Assembly: GCA_016840085.1 (NCBI GenBank)
Contig: JAEOTA010000022.1
Span: 64,001-128,000 of the forward strand
Source of the DNA: Promethearchaeota archaeon
Lineage (GTDB): Archaea > Asgardarchaeota > Lokiarchaeia > Sigyniarchaeales > SOKP01
Direction: 5' to 3'
Length of the DNA: 64,000 bases
The notes beneath the pieces are model-generated. The model saw only the letters and a list, made by a program, of their open reading frames with translations, ran no database searches and was not told the DNA's origin. Below are positions 9,320-22,861 of this stretch, in pieces. Each line of letters opens with the position of its first letter. Within the stretch, counting starts at the first letter, position 1. Made by a program: the position numbers and the translations under genes.

Positions 9320-9853
9320 TTAATAATTCTCAAAAAATTCCTTATTCAAATATTTATTAATATTTTCTTCAATTTTTTTCTTTACAGCGTCTAATCCTTC
9401 AGGTAATACTCGTGTTTTTCCTACAATATCAATAAATCCGAGTTCAGAGCCATATCTCGGAATTACATGAAAATGTAAATGCTCAATACTTCCTCCAGCA
9501 TCTCTTCCCTGGTTTATACCTATATTATACCCCTTTGGATTATATAACTCGTCTAATAATAATTGTATTCCTTGAATCGTTCTTGTAATATGAATGAGTT
9601 CTTCTTTAGTAAGCTCAAGAAATTTTGTTATGTGTCTCCTAGTAACAATCATTAAATGTGCAGGATTATAAGGATATAAATTTAAAACAATAAAACACAT
9701 ATCATCACCGTAAATTTTTAGAGATTCAACACGCTCATCATTATCTCTTACAGCACATAGAATACAGTCTACATTAGGTCTTGCCTTTCCCTGTACATAA
9801 TCTAATTTTCCTAATGCTTGCAACCAATCTCTAAAAACCATACTTTTTACCAC
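9320..9853 (-). CDS. HIT-family protein (Ap4A phosphorylase/hydrolase-like)
   Basis: CILC, LNLYPYNPAHLMI, GYNIGINQGRDAGGSIEHLHFHVIPR (histidine triad). Confidence 0.92.
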   Translation of the reverse strand: MVKSMVFRDWLQALGKLDYVQGKARPNVDCILCAVRDNDERVESLKIYGDDMCFIVLNLYPYNPAHLMIVTRRHITKFLELTKEELIHITRTIQGIQLLLDELYNPKGYNIGINQGRDAGGSIEHLHFHVIPRYGSELGFIDIVGKTRVLPEGLDAVKKKIEENINKYLNKEFFENY

Positions 9854-9871
9854 TTTTTTATTTTTTTTTAG

Positions 9872-10420
9872 TTATGAATACAAAGAAAAATCTGAATCAG
9901 GTGTAAAGTCTTTAGATTTCATAAAATCTTCTGGTTTTATTTTCCCAATACAATATTCTCCTAACATTATATTACTGTAAGCAGCTCCATCAAATACATG
10001 TCTTATCGATTTAAGAAAGGAATTCTTGGAAATAGTTCCATCTCCTTTCAGAAAAATTTGATCACTTATTTGATATCTATAATTCTGAAGGTCCAATCGA
10101 TAAAATAAATCTTTCATGAGAAAATATTTACGTAGATCCATGAAAAATTTTGTTTTTCTATTTTCTTTCAATGAATTTAACGCATCGATGTGAGGTTGTG
10201 ATATTTGAATTACTAGTGATATTATGATGAAATCTTTGTTTTTTGGTCGAATAACAAGCATGTTTCTACCAAGTTGGCGTCCAGCAGGATCTTTTATAGG
10301 AGGAAACAGAAATTGAAACCCAAAATCTAGTTTTGAATTATTAATTTGTTCTCTTAATAATCCCTCATCTAATAAATATTCTCGAATTAAATGCTTGATT
10401 TTACTTTCTTTAGCAGACAT
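9872..10420 (-). CDS. Conserved archaeal protein, DUF2299-like
   Basis: IREYLLDEG N-terminus, ISQPHIDAL, QIFLKGDGTISKNSFLKSI pattern. Confidence 0.65.
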   Translation of the reverse strand: MSAKESKIKHLIREYLLDEGLLREQINNSKLDFGFQFLFPPIKDPAGRQLGRNMLVIRPKNKDFIIISLVIQISQPHIDALNSLKENRKTKFFMDLRKYFLMKDLFYRLDLQNYRYQISDQIFLKGDGTISKNSFLKSIRHVFDGAAYSNIMLGEYCIGKIKPEDFMKSKDFTPDSDFSLYS

Positions 10421-10506
10421 AGTTATTCCATAAGGTTAAAAATGATATAATTAATTTATTTTTTTATGTGTAAGCTCAACAATTTAGAAATAGGTTAATC
10501 AGAAAA

Positions 10507-10860
10507 TTAATATTTACCTTTAGGTCTTGGCTCTGGTTCAATACCAGCGGATTTTAATTTTTCAATATTTTCTACTAAAACTTCAACTGGTGTACAATAT
10601 ATTACTTTTAGAGTTTCATGATCTATATAGAGTTGCCCAACAATACCTAAGCCCATCAATCGATTATCATTGTTAATAAATGTGTGATCTAGATTCATTT
10701 TAATCGCCATTCTACCTCCATCAAGTTCTACTAAAGAAGGTTGACATGCGGTATACCCAGGACCTCGGTTTTGGAGAAGAAAATTCATTAATGCGTAGTC
10801 TAACTCATCATTAATCTCTCCCCTTTCTTGAAGGATCTTAACTATAATTGGATCTGACAT
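10507..10860 (-). CDS. Hypothetical protein
   Basis: 117-aa ATG-started ORF in a co-oriented minus-strand run. Confidence 0.8.
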   Translation of the reverse strand: MSDPIIVKILQERGEINDELDYALMNFLLQNRGPGYTACQPSLVELDGGRMAIKMNLDHTFINNDNRLMGLGIVGQLYIDHETLKVIYCTPVEVLVENIEKLKSAGIEPEPRPKGKY

Positions 10861-10972
10861 GTTAACAGAAATAAAATTATCTTATTTAAATTAAAATGAG
10901 TAGAATTTATTTTTATTTTTTTTGCTAACAATTTATTAGAAAAAAAATAAGAAAGATTTTGGATCTGATTAA

Positions 10973-11227
10973 TTAATCCCTTTCTTCCATTAAAACCTCG
11001 TCAACACTGTGTAATGCACAGTTCATACTTGACAAAGATTCTGTAATATCTTCGAGTGAAAGGTTATTCCCTTCAATATTGATATGTAAAGAGGTTGTTT
11101 TTTGATCTAATTCATCTACTTTAATATTAACTTTTGATACTCCGGTGATTTCCATTAAATTGCGAGCTACTAAATCTATTCCAGGCATATGAGGTTTTAA
11201 AATATCGAGATAATACTCCACTTTCAT
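10973..11227 (-). CDS. DUF211-family protein
   Basis: LDILKPH.P...GVSKVNIKVDELD...IEG...ALHSVDEV pattern. Confidence 0.85.
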   Translation of the reverse strand: MKVEYYLDILKPHMPGIDLVARNLMEITGVSKVNIKVDELDQKTTSLHINIEGNNLSLEDITESLSSMNCALHSVDEVLMEERD

Positions 11228-11315
11228 TTTATTTATCTAAACCCTTATATTTATTATTTTAAACTTTATTATATCATTAATAGTTCTAAATAGATTTATA
11301 ATTTTTATGGTATTT

Positions 11316-11999
11316 TTACATTAATTTTTCAATTACATTAATTAATTTTGAGGGGATTTCCTCTAATTCGATTATTTCTTCTGCTTTATTAAAAGATTCT
11401 TGATCAAACAAACCAGCAACATTAGTATTTAAAGCTATTGAGTGAGCCCCAACATTGATAGCTGCTTCAATATCACGGCTAGTGTCTCCAATTACTAAAA
11501 TTTCGTTAGTTTTTACATTTAGTTGATTACAAATGTAATTTAAATGATCAGGATGAGGTTTTAGATTAGAGACATTATCTCTTCCCACAATTAGATCAAA
11601 ATATTGTGATATATTTACCTTTTTAAGTGAGATCTCTGCATTTTTTTTTGTATTAAATGTAAAAATTGCTTGTTTTAGATTTTTAATCCTCGCAAACTCT
11701 AAAACTTCATCGATACCATTTATAAGGGTAGCATTTAATGCAGCTTCATGTTCTATTTTAATGATCTCATTATCTACTTCTGCTATTATTTTTTTTATTT
11801 TTTCTTCAGAAAAACTATTCCTTTCAAAATATTCCCTTGAAAGTCTCACATTTTCCAAAATTGAACTTTTTACAGTAAGAAAATGTTTCGGAACACCAGA
11901 ATTTTTCAATATTTTGATAGCTATTTTGCGTGCTCTTAAGTAGTCAATTTTAAAATGAATGAGGGTGCCATCTAAGTCCCAAATAATTGCACTTATCAT
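11316..11999 (-). CDS. HAD-superfamily phosphatase (phosphoglycolate-phosphatase-like)
   Basis: WDLDGTL, KPHPD and IGDTSRDIEAA motifs. Confidence 0.9.
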   Translation of the reverse strand: MISAIIWDLDGTLIHFKIDYLRARKIAIKILKNSGVPKHFLTVKSSILENVRLSREYFERNSFSEEKIKKIIAEVDNEIIKIEHEAALNATLINGIDEVLEFARIKNLKQAIFTFNTKKNAEISLKKVNISQYFDLIVGRDNVSNLKPHPDHLNYICNQLNVKTNEILVIGDTSRDIEAAINVGAHSIALNTNVAGLFDQESFNKAEEIIELEEIPSKLINVIEKLM

Positions 12000-12008
12000 A
12001 GGTTTCAG

Positions 12009-12581
12009 TTAAAAAATTAAATCTGTATATATAGGTCCTTTTGGGGTTAATTCTGATTTTTTAAGTCTGATTTGGTCAATATTGAATTCTCCAAATTCTT
12101 TTTTTTTATTCTCTTCTATTATTTTCTTAAAAGAATCAAAAGTTTTGTAATTGATCCTACCTTTCCTCAGCCTTCCAATAGTTAAGTGTGGTTTAAATTG
12201 GGTTCTTTTATCCCGATCAATTTTTAATCTTTCAAATAATAAATCTTCGACAGTATCTTTAATGTTTTGTAAGAATTGAATGTCACCAATAAGTTTTACC
12301 CATAAAACTGAAAATCTATTGAATTGACCAACACCTTTTAAATAATATGTGAATGTTTTCTCATGAAAGTAAGATTCGTTGACTTCTTTTTGTAATATAT
12401 TATAGATTTTAGGTGCTAAGTTCTCAGAAATATTCCCTAAGAACTTTACTGTCATATGTAAATTTATAGGTTCGACTATTTTGAGTTTTGGTTGATTTTT
12501 TTTTAGACGAGAAGTAAAAGTAGTAATATTTTCAATAGTTTGTTTATCTTTTAATTCAAGTGCTATGAATGATCTTATCAT
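12009..12581 (-). CDS. thpR: RNA 2',3'-cyclic phosphodiesterase (2H phosphoesterase)
   Basis: MIRSFIALEL, NLHMTVKFLG, FKPHLTIGR and SELTPKGPIY motifs. Confidence 0.92.
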   Translation of the reverse strand: MIRSFIALELKDKQTIENITTFTSRLKKNQPKLKIVEPINLHMTVKFLGNISENLAPKIYNILQKEVNESYFHEKTFTYYLKGVGQFNRFSVLWVKLIGDIQFLQNIKDTVEDLLFERLKIDRDKRTQFKPHLTIGRLRKGRINYKTFDSFKKIIEENKKKEFGEFNIDQIRLKKSELTPKGPIYTDLIF

Positions 12582-13732
12582 TTTTTATCCCAATATTCAA
12601 AAATCCTCCATTTTTTATTATTTAATTGTTTTTGATGATCTGGAATAATGTGAATTTCATTAAGATCATCCAGAGAAGATGACTGTATAATTTTTATTAT
12701 ATCTTGTAGGAACATTATATTCATTTCACCCCGTGTATCTGCATCAGCGGAAGCATTATGAGGAATTAAAAGCATCCTGATTTCTGGATTAATTTCTTTA
12801 ATTTTTTTTAATCGGTCAAGTGATCTGGGATCAATTGGTTCTACTGGAAAAACATCAAAAGCGATATTTATTTGAAGTTCCTTAGTTTCAAGCATATCAA
12901 GTAAAGCATCTAAATCCAACAGTTGACCTCGAGCTGTATTTATTAATAAAGCATTTTTCTTCATTAATTTTAATAAATCTCGATTTACTAATTTTTCTGT
13001 GGACGTATTTAATGGAATATGTAAAGTGATGATATCTGATTCTTTAAATACCTCCTTAATGTTTTCTTTAAACTCGATTAAAGGAAATTCTTTTTCAAAT
13101 TCTTTCATTTGTATAATATCATAATAAAGAATTTTAATATCCCAAGGATATAGTTTCTTAACCAATTCTTTCCCTATTTCTCCCAATCCTATGATGCCAA
13201 GAACTTTATTTGTAATTACTGAAGATAATGATTGATCTAAATCCCATTTATTATCAGTAGTCCATTTCTCTTCCCAAACATAAGTATGAAGATCAATTAG
13301 ATTTCTTAAATTTGCCATAATTATTGCTATAGTATAATCTGCGACAGTTTCCTGAAGAACTCCTGGGGTATGAGTGATTAAAATATCATCTTTTTTAGTT
13401 CTTTGAATATGATTATATCCTGCTGTTGATGTAGAAATAGTAAAGATAGTTGATTTTTCTAAAATTTCTGAAGAGATTAGATGACTAAGATGGCACCCGA
13501 GAATGTCTGGGTTGAAACTTTTAATATCATCTTTTATTTCTTCTTCTGAAGGGAATCTCCCATTAAAAATCTTTAATTCTGAGATTTTATTTAATTCATT
13601 CCAAAGATTTCTTATAGTTTGACGAGAATTTTCAGAAATTTTTTCATTAGAGCCAATTTCCTCGGCGGAGAACACATTAGAGGTTAAATATACTTTAGGG
13701 GTAAAAGTCATTTCCGTATTAAGTAGTATCAA
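12578..13732 (-). CDS. D-2-hydroxyacid dehydrogenase (glyoxylate-reductase-like)
   Basis: GIIGLGEIG, LHIPL, LINTARG, DVFPVEP, PHNAS motifs. True start is probably MTFTPKVY. Confidence 0.9.
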   Translation of the reverse strand: MILLNTEMTFTPKVYLTSNVFSAEEIGSNEKISENSRQTIRNLWNELNKISELKIFNGRFPSEEEIKDDIKSFNPDILGCHLSHLISSEILEKSTIFTISTSTAGYNHIQRTKKDDILITHTPGVLQETVADYTIAIIMANLRNLIDLHTYVWEEKWTTDNKWDLDQSLSSVITNKVLGIIGLGEIGKELVKKLYPWDIKILYYDIIQMKEFEKEFPLIEFKENIKEVFKESDIITLHIPLNTSTEKLVNRDLLKLMKKNALLINTARGQLLDLDALLDMLETKELQINIAFDVFPVEPIDPRSLDRLKKIKEINPEIRMLLIPHNASADADTRGEMNIMFLQDIIKIIQSSSLDDLNEIHIIPDHQKQLNNKKWRIFEYWDKK

Positions 13733-13840
13733 TCATTTGAATTTTATAATTATAAGAATCTATTTGTATTTTTTGCTAATTATCAAGATTTATTAAAATA
13801 AAATATAATTTATTATTAAAAAGCAAAGTAGTGGTAGAAA

Positions 13841-13996
13841 ATGACAAAAGTGAAATGTCAACAATGTGGAAAAGAAATTATTGGAGGAGTAAAAGTTCAG
13901 CATTTCGATTTTGATGAACCTACCACTATTCATGTCTTTTGTTCAGAAGAGTGCAAAAGTAAATGGATCTCAACAGAAGAAAAAAAGAAGAAGTAA
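13841..13996 (+). CDS. Small TRASH/YHS-like zinc-binding protein (51 aa)
   Basis: Not in the ORF track. MTKVKCQQCGKEIIGGVKVQHFDFDEPTTIHVFCSEECKSKWISTEEKKKK* with CxxC...FCSxxC. Confidence 0.7.
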   Translation: MTKVKCQQCGKEIIGGVKVQHFDFDEPTTIHVFCSEECKSKWISTEEKKKK

Positions 13997-14009
13997 TTAT
14001 TCTGATAGA

Positions 14010-14972
14010 TTATCTTTCAATTTTACCTGGAAGATAATAGTCATATTTTTTTCTCAGTAATTTGGTCTTTATAAACCTATCAAATAATCTCATTCTTTGG
14101 TAAAGTTCCCAAATGAATTTATCAGATTTATAATATTTCTCAATTTCTTTTATATTTAAATGTTCTATATTAAAATCACTAGCTTCTTCCTCCAAAAATT
14201 TATTAACAGTTTTTACCAAGGATGGAATGAGCTCTCTTTTTTGCTCTTTGAAGAAATTAGCAACAAGATCTATAATTACTAACCTCCAATCATAATATCT
14301 ATCAATTAGATCTTGAAGAAAAATTGCTTTTAATAATCCTCTTATAAACGATGGCATACTTTTAGTTAATAATTCTATTTCCATTGCTTCAACTCCATTT
14401 TTTCGGTAAAATGGTGGAACTGTATCTATATAAATTAGTTTTGAATTCTCATCCACTTTAGGATTTTCTGGATCGTAATCAATCACAGCAAAGTTTGAAA
14501 TTTGACCATCCAATCCTACATCGAGATTTTTATTTTCTCTATTAAAGCTCCAGACTTTTTTCATTTCATATAGTGCTTTAAGAACTAAGATCATTATATC
14601 CTTCTTTCCGACTTGATGAATTATTTTACTCCCAACAGACTCAGGTAAAAGTTTTTCTTGTACAGCATAAAAAATAATTTTTCCTTCGTCATCCTCAAAC
14701 CATACAATATCAAGAGGAGGAGTTTTAATATTTAACTCTTCATTTAGAATTCTATTATATTCTCGAAAAATTTTTTCATGCTTTCGGGCTTGTTCATGAG
14801 TCTCAAAAATAGGTAATCTTTTATAAGCATAATTTTGAGGGTCATTAATTATTTCAAAAACTAACGTTATCTCTCCATAACCGAGAACTTTAATAGGAAC
14901 TTTACCTCTTTCTGGATGGACAGTATCAATTGTTCTTTCTAATTCCTTTAATAAATCAATATCAATTTTCAT
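14010..14972 (-). CDS. DUF6206-like protein
   Basis: VLGYGEITLV, YAYKRLP, YAVQ, VGLDGQISN, YIDT motifs. Confidence 0.7.
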   Translation of the reverse strand: MKIDIDLLKELERTIDTVHPERGKVPIKVLGYGEITLVFEIINDPQNYAYKRLPIFETHEQARKHEKIFREYNRILNEELNIKTPPLDIVWFEDDEGKIIFYAVQEKLLPESVGSKIIHQVGKKDIMILVLKALYEMKKVWSFNRENKNLDVGLDGQISNFAVIDYDPENPKVDENSKLIYIDTVPPFYRKNGVEAMEIELLTKSMPSFIRGLLKAIFLQDLIDRYYDWRLVIIDLVANFFKEQKRELIPSLVKTVNKFLEEEASDFNIEHLNIKEIEKYYKSDKFIWELYQRMRLFDRFIKTKLLRKKYDYYLPGKIER

Positions 14973-15118
14973 AATTAATCAATAAGATTGAAAAAGATTA
15001 AATATATTTAATTTAACATTAATTTTTTTTAATTTTATATAATTTGTTCTTTTCACATAGTAGTGAAAAAATATATTTTTTTTCTAGGTTTAGAGAGTTT
15101 CACAGAATACACGCAAGA

Positions 15119-16603
15119 TTAAATGTAAATTTCTTTTCTATCAAGGATAATTCTTACTAACTCTCCCCTATCTGATTTTTTTAACCTTTTTAAATAATTT
15201 TCCAACTGGCCACGTGTATGATAAGGACCACCTTCTCCTAAAACAGTTTCCATAGGATCTATTGTAGATGTTGATTTACCCATCATTTCTTTGTGCCAAG
15301 AATTGAGTAAGCTTAATCCTTTTTGTATAATTTCAGGTTTTTCGTCTGCGAGATTATTAAGCATATGAAAATCTTTTTCATAATCAAAAAGCATAATTTC
15401 AGGAAAATTTTTTAGTCCTGTATGATAGGTCTTGATAAGCGTCCAGTTTTTAAATCTTACAGTCCGCTGACAGCTCCATGCATTCTGACTAATAACAAGA
15501 AATTCTCTTCCATATTTCTCGTTATTATCAATCTTATTTAGGAAACTTTTTCCGTCCCAGATTTCAGGCACTTTTAATCCAACCTCCTCTACAATTGAGG
15601 CAGCTATATCTGTTTGGTATATTAATGAATTTTCTTCCTTATTCCATTTTTTATTTGGCCATTTTATTATCATAGGAACCCTATTAGTTATATGACAAGC
15701 AGTTGCATGATCCCCATAAATATTTAATTCTCCTTGATTTTCGCCATGATCTCCACTAACAATTATTAACATATCATCATAAATACCAAGATTTTTCAGT
15801 ATATTTATAATTTTACCGATATAATCATCAGAATATCTGATTCCAACATCATAACCATCAACCCATTGTTTAAAATCGTCTAAATTTCTTATTTCCTTAA
15901 GGTTTTCTAATCTAGAAAACGATTTAGATGGAATTTGTGATGTAAATCCATGTAGTTCACAGGCAGAATGGGGTCCATAGCTTTTTCTATGATTATTTAT
16001 TATTTCTTGAGTTATCCATAAAGGTGGTGACTCATTCTTAAAAGGATTTCCATAAGACATAGGTGTTCGGTAAGGAGTGTGTGGATCCCAAAAATTTATG
16101 TGTAAAAACCAATTTTTCCTAAGTGCATTTTGATTTAACCATTTTTCTACATAAGGAAAAATTTGATCTGCTCTTTCAAACCCACCCCATCCAGGATTAT
16201 ATATTTCTCTCCATCCAGAATAAAACCAGAAAGCAGAATGTCTTTCAGCATATGGGGAAATTGAGACGGGATAAATTCTTGCTCTTCTAAGTAGACTAAC
16301 CCAGCTTTGGTTTAGAAGTTGATCTTGAAATTCTCGTTTTTTTCCAGTTAATCTTAAATCTGCTGCTGTTCCACCATGCCCTACTATTCCTGTATGTATA
16401 CCAAAACGCCCTGTAAAAAGGGAAGCTCTAGAAGGTAAACAGGGTGCATCTGAAACATAACAATTGGTAAATATAGTACCATCTTTTGCTATGCTATCAA
16501 TATTTGGAGATGTATTTCGATGATAACCATAACATCCTAAATGATCTGGTCTTAATGTATCAATATCAATATAGAGAATTCTCATGTTCTTAACATAAAG
16601 CAA
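15119..16603 (-). CDS. Cys-type (formylglycine) sulfatase
   Basis: IDIDTLRPDHLGCYGY, CLPSRASLFTGR, DPHTPY, SGDHGE. Likely start is ATG at 16585. Confidence 0.93.
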   Translation of the reverse strand: MLYVKNMRILYIDIDTLRPDHLGCYGYHRNTSPNIDSIAKDGTIFTNCYVSDAPCLPSRASLFTGRFGIHTGIVGHGGTAADLRLTGKKREFQDQLLNQSWVSLLRRARIYPVSISPYAERHSAFWFYSGWREIYNPGWGGFERADQIFPYVEKWLNQNALRKNWFLHINFWDPHTPYRTPMSYGNPFKNESPPLWITQEIINNHRKSYGPHSACELHGFTSQIPSKSFSRLENLKEIRNLDDFKQWVDGYDVGIRYSDDYIGKIINILKNLGIYDDMLIIVSGDHGENQGELNIYGDHATACHITNRVPMIIKWPNKKWNKEENSLIYQTDIAASIVEEVGLKVPEIWDGKSFLNKIDNNEKYGREFLVISQNAWSCQRTVRFKNWTLIKTYHTGLKNFPEIMLFDYEKDFHMLNNLADEKPEIIQKGLSLLNSWHKEMMGKSTSTIDPMETVLGEGGPYHTRGQLENYLKRLKKSDRGELVRIILDRKEIYI

Positions 16604-16653
16604 ATTGTTTTTTAAGTTTTTTAGATTTTAATCCACAATTTAAGAATATTTAA

Positions 16654-19821
<3,168 letters not shown>

Positions 19822-19900
19822 TCACTATTTAACAATGTTATTATATTAAATTATATTTACAATTATATTTGGATACTTTTTTAAGGAATTTGGTGTTTAA

Positions 19901-20716
19901 ATGGCTCGTCCTCTATGGTTTGTTAAATTATTAAAAAAAACATTTCCAAATGTAAAATTTATTGCCAAATTGACGAATTTCCCAATCTTAGGCACTATTT
20001 TTGATCATCTCCTTTTTAAAGGCGATGATATTATTTATCTCCCTCAAGATAATGTAATTGATGTTAATAAACCAATAGGAGAATATCAAGAATATGTTTT
20101 GCCATCTCAGGTGTTAGAATATTTTATTAATAAAGCTAACCATCACTGGATCATGAATTTCTGTATTTGTCGGTCAAGCATGAATTGCAAAGACTATCCT
20201 AAAGATTTAGGGTGTTTATTTCTTGGAGATGCTGTTCTTGATATCAATCCGCAATTGGGAAGATTAGCAACTAAAAAAGAAGCCTTAGAGCATTTAAAAA
20301 AATGCAGAGATGCTGGACTAGTTCACATGATTGGGAGAAATAGATTAGATGCGCAGTGGCTTGGAGTTAGCCCAGGAGAAAAACTTTTGAGTATATGTAA
20401 TTGTGATCCATGTTGCTGTCTCTGGCGTGTATCTTCAATACTAGCCCCAAAAATTGGATCTAAGATTAAAAAAATGCCTGGAGTTATAGTGAAAGTAACT
20501 GACAAATGTATTGGATGTGGAACATGTTTAAAAGATATATGTTTTGTTAATGCGATAAGTTTAAAGGATAAACACGCATTTATAAGCGACCAATGTAGAG
20601 GATGTGGTCGATGTGTAAGCATTTGCCCTCAAAATGCAATAGAACTAACAATAGATGATACCCAATATATAAAGAAATCAATACAAGAAATAGATAAAAT
20701 AATAGATGTTACTTAG
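19901..20716 (+). CDS. 4Fe-4S ferredoxin-domain protein
   Basis: CICR, ICNCDPCCC, CIGCGTC and CRGCGRCVSICPQNAI. Confidence 0.9.
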   Translation: MARPLWFVKLLKKTFPNVKFIAKLTNFPILGTIFDHLLFKGDDIIYLPQDNVIDVNKPIGEYQEYVLPSQVLEYFINKANHHWIMNFCICRSSMNCKDYPKDLGCLFLGDAVLDINPQLGRLATKKEALEHLKKCRDAGLVHMIGRNRLDAQWLGVSPGEKLLSICNCDPCCCLWRVSSILAPKIGSKIKKMPGVIVKVTDKCIGCGTCLKDICFVNAISLKDKHAFISDQCRGCGRCVSICPQNAIELTIDDTQYIKKSIQEIDKIIDVT

Positions 20717-20795
20717 TAAAATTTATTTAAAAATTAAAATTTGTTTCCTTTTATACAAAAAAGTATATTAGGATAGTTGTATATAAATAAAAGCA

Positions 20796-21104
20796 ATGAA
20801 AAGAGATAAACAAATTTATATTCGCATTACTCTTATTATAATAGGAATCTTAAATCTAATACAAATCCTAATTGCTCTTTTTATTCCAAATTCTCTTTTA
20901 AGTTTGGATTTAGCTGGTGGATTACAAATTATTAATCTCCTCATTATCGATCTACTAATTGCACTTCCCCTATTTATAGTTGCATTTGGCATATTTTCGA
21001 AAAATATTAAAACAAACCTATTCCTCTTATTTAGCGGCATAATTCTTATGATTTTTTACTTTAATTTTACTCTAACACCAAGTATACTAGCACCTTCCTC
21101 ATAA
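20796..21104 (+). CDS. Small membrane protein (about 3 TM helices)
   Basis: ATG-started ORF with three hydrophobic segments. Confidence 0.55.
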   Translation: MKRDKQIYIRITLIIIGILNLIQILIALFIPNSLLSLDLAGGLQIINLLIIDLLIALPLFIVAFGIFSKNIKTNLFLLFSGIILMIFYFNFTLTPSILAPSS

Positions 21105-21234
21105 TGAAAAAGACTTCTTGTAGGAGTTTACTATAACTAATGTGTATCAATTACAATTTATTAAATTGCAAAATCCTAAAAAAATTAAGAAATACAAAAT
21201 AACAGAAGTTTCTTAAAAATAATAAATCCGTTTT

Positions 21235-22683
21235 TTACTCCCAAAAGATATTTTTTAGTTTTAAATTATCTACTCGAGTTCTTTCTTTTAATGCGGATAC
21301 TGCTTGAACACTTTCTTTAATTGAATGAAAAACAGGTATATTCGCAAGTTCTAATGATTCTATTATCAAGGAATATTTTGGAACATATGGAACAAAACAT
21401 ACAACTGGTTTATTTTTAGATGCAATAATATTTGCAATTCTTCTTCCAATTTGAAAGGATATATTCGGGGGATAAGGAAGTAAAAGCAAAATGATGCATT
21501 CGATTCTTTCTATATCAGATAAATATCTAATAATGTTCTCAATATCAGTATCTAATACAGAGCCTGTTAAATCAATAGGGTTATTAAAGGATGCAATTTC
21601 TGCAGCGATAGGATTCATAAGATTTTTTAATTTTCTCTTTTCTTGTTGTGAAAATCGAACAGCATTCAAACCATATTTTTTTAATATGTCAGATGCTAAC
21701 ACAGCATGCCCTCCAGAAACAGACACGATTGCTACATCTCCAAATGTTATAACATTATCACCGAATGGGTTTCTTCGATGGGATAATACATCATATACTT
21801 TTAAACAAGTTAGTAATTCTCGTTCTGAATGCGGTTGAATAATATAATGTTGTCTTAAAGCATCATAAATAATTTTGTAATCTCCTGCTAAACTTGCTGT
21901 ATGTGATTGAGTTGCAATTTTTCCTTCTCTTGTTTTTCCTCCAAAAAATACTATTACTGTATCTTCTGATTCTTTTGCTAATTGCAAAAACTTTCTTGCT
22001 CTCCCTTCTTTAAAACCCTCTAAATAAAAGGCTATATTTGATGTTTCTGGATCCACACGGCTAAAGTATTCTAAAAGCATCACCTCATCCACAACAGCCC
22101 TATTGCCAATTGAAACTGCAGTGGATACACCGATATTTCTTTCATTGAATTTTACAAAAAATTGATCAACCAAGACCCCTCCACTTTGGCTTATAAGCGC
22201 TACAGAGCCTTTTGGTGGTCTTGTAATACGTTCTGTCGGTAGAAATATTGTATCTACAATTGGTGGTGCATATACCCCGAGACAGTTTGGGCCTAATACT
22301 GCAATATCGTTTTCAAATGCGATTTTTTCAAGTTTTTCTTGTCTTTTTTTACCTTTCCCGCCAATTTCAGCGAATCCCCCTCCAATGATTACACTTGAAG
22401 GTATTCCCAGATCTGCACATTCTTGAATGTATTCTATAGTATCATCTGGTCCAACTGCGATAATTAAAAGATCTGGAATTTCAGGAAGGCGTTCTAACCG
22501 TTCATATAATTTTATTCCCTCAATTTCTCCTCCTGTTGGATAAATTCCATAAACTTTCACATTCATCTCGTATTGATTTTTTAATAGAACTATCCTACCG
22601 GGTGATAAAGGATTCTTTTTCGAAATTCCTACAACTGCTATTGATTTCGGTTTAAATAATTTCTCTAAATCCATGTTAACCAA
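21235..22683 (-). CDS. Acyl-CoA synthetase (ADP-forming), alpha-subunit-like
   Basis: LFKPKSIAVVG, GGFAEIG, VLGPNCLG, ISQSGG, QSHTASLAG (phospho-His motif), NNPIDLTG. Confidence 0.88.
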   Translation of the reverse strand: MVNMDLEKLFKPKSIAVVGISKKNPLSPGRIVLLKNQYEMNVKVYGIYPTGGEIEGIKLYERLERLPEIPDLLIIAVGPDDTIEYIQECADLGIPSSVIIGGGFAEIGGKGKKRQEKLEKIAFENDIAVLGPNCLGVYAPPIVDTIFLPTERITRPPKGSVALISQSGGVLVDQFFVKFNERNIGVSTAVSIGNRAVVDEVMLLEYFSRVDPETSNIAFYLEGFKEGRARKFLQLAKESEDTVIVFFGGKTREGKIATQSHTASLAGDYKIIYDALRQHYIIQPHSERELLTCLKVYDVLSHRRNPFGDNVITFGDVAIVSVSGGHAVLASDILKKYGLNAVRFSQQEKRKLKNLMNPIAAEIASFNNPIDLTGSVLDTDIENIIRYLSDIERIECIILLLLPYPPNISFQIGRRIANIIASKNKPVVCFVPYVPKYSLIIESLELANIPVFHSIKESVQAVSALKERTRVDNLKLKNIFWE

Positions 22684-22861
22684 AATAATATATGGTTTTC
22701 ATTATTGTATATTTGTTAAAAATTTAAGTCATATATATTTTTATTTTAAGTTAGATTAGAAATAGAACTTTAATATAAGAAAATGTTTTAGATTAAGAAA
22801 AAAAATGTAGTTAAATTTTTATTAGGAAAAAATAAATAATATCAATTTAAAAAAAATAAAT

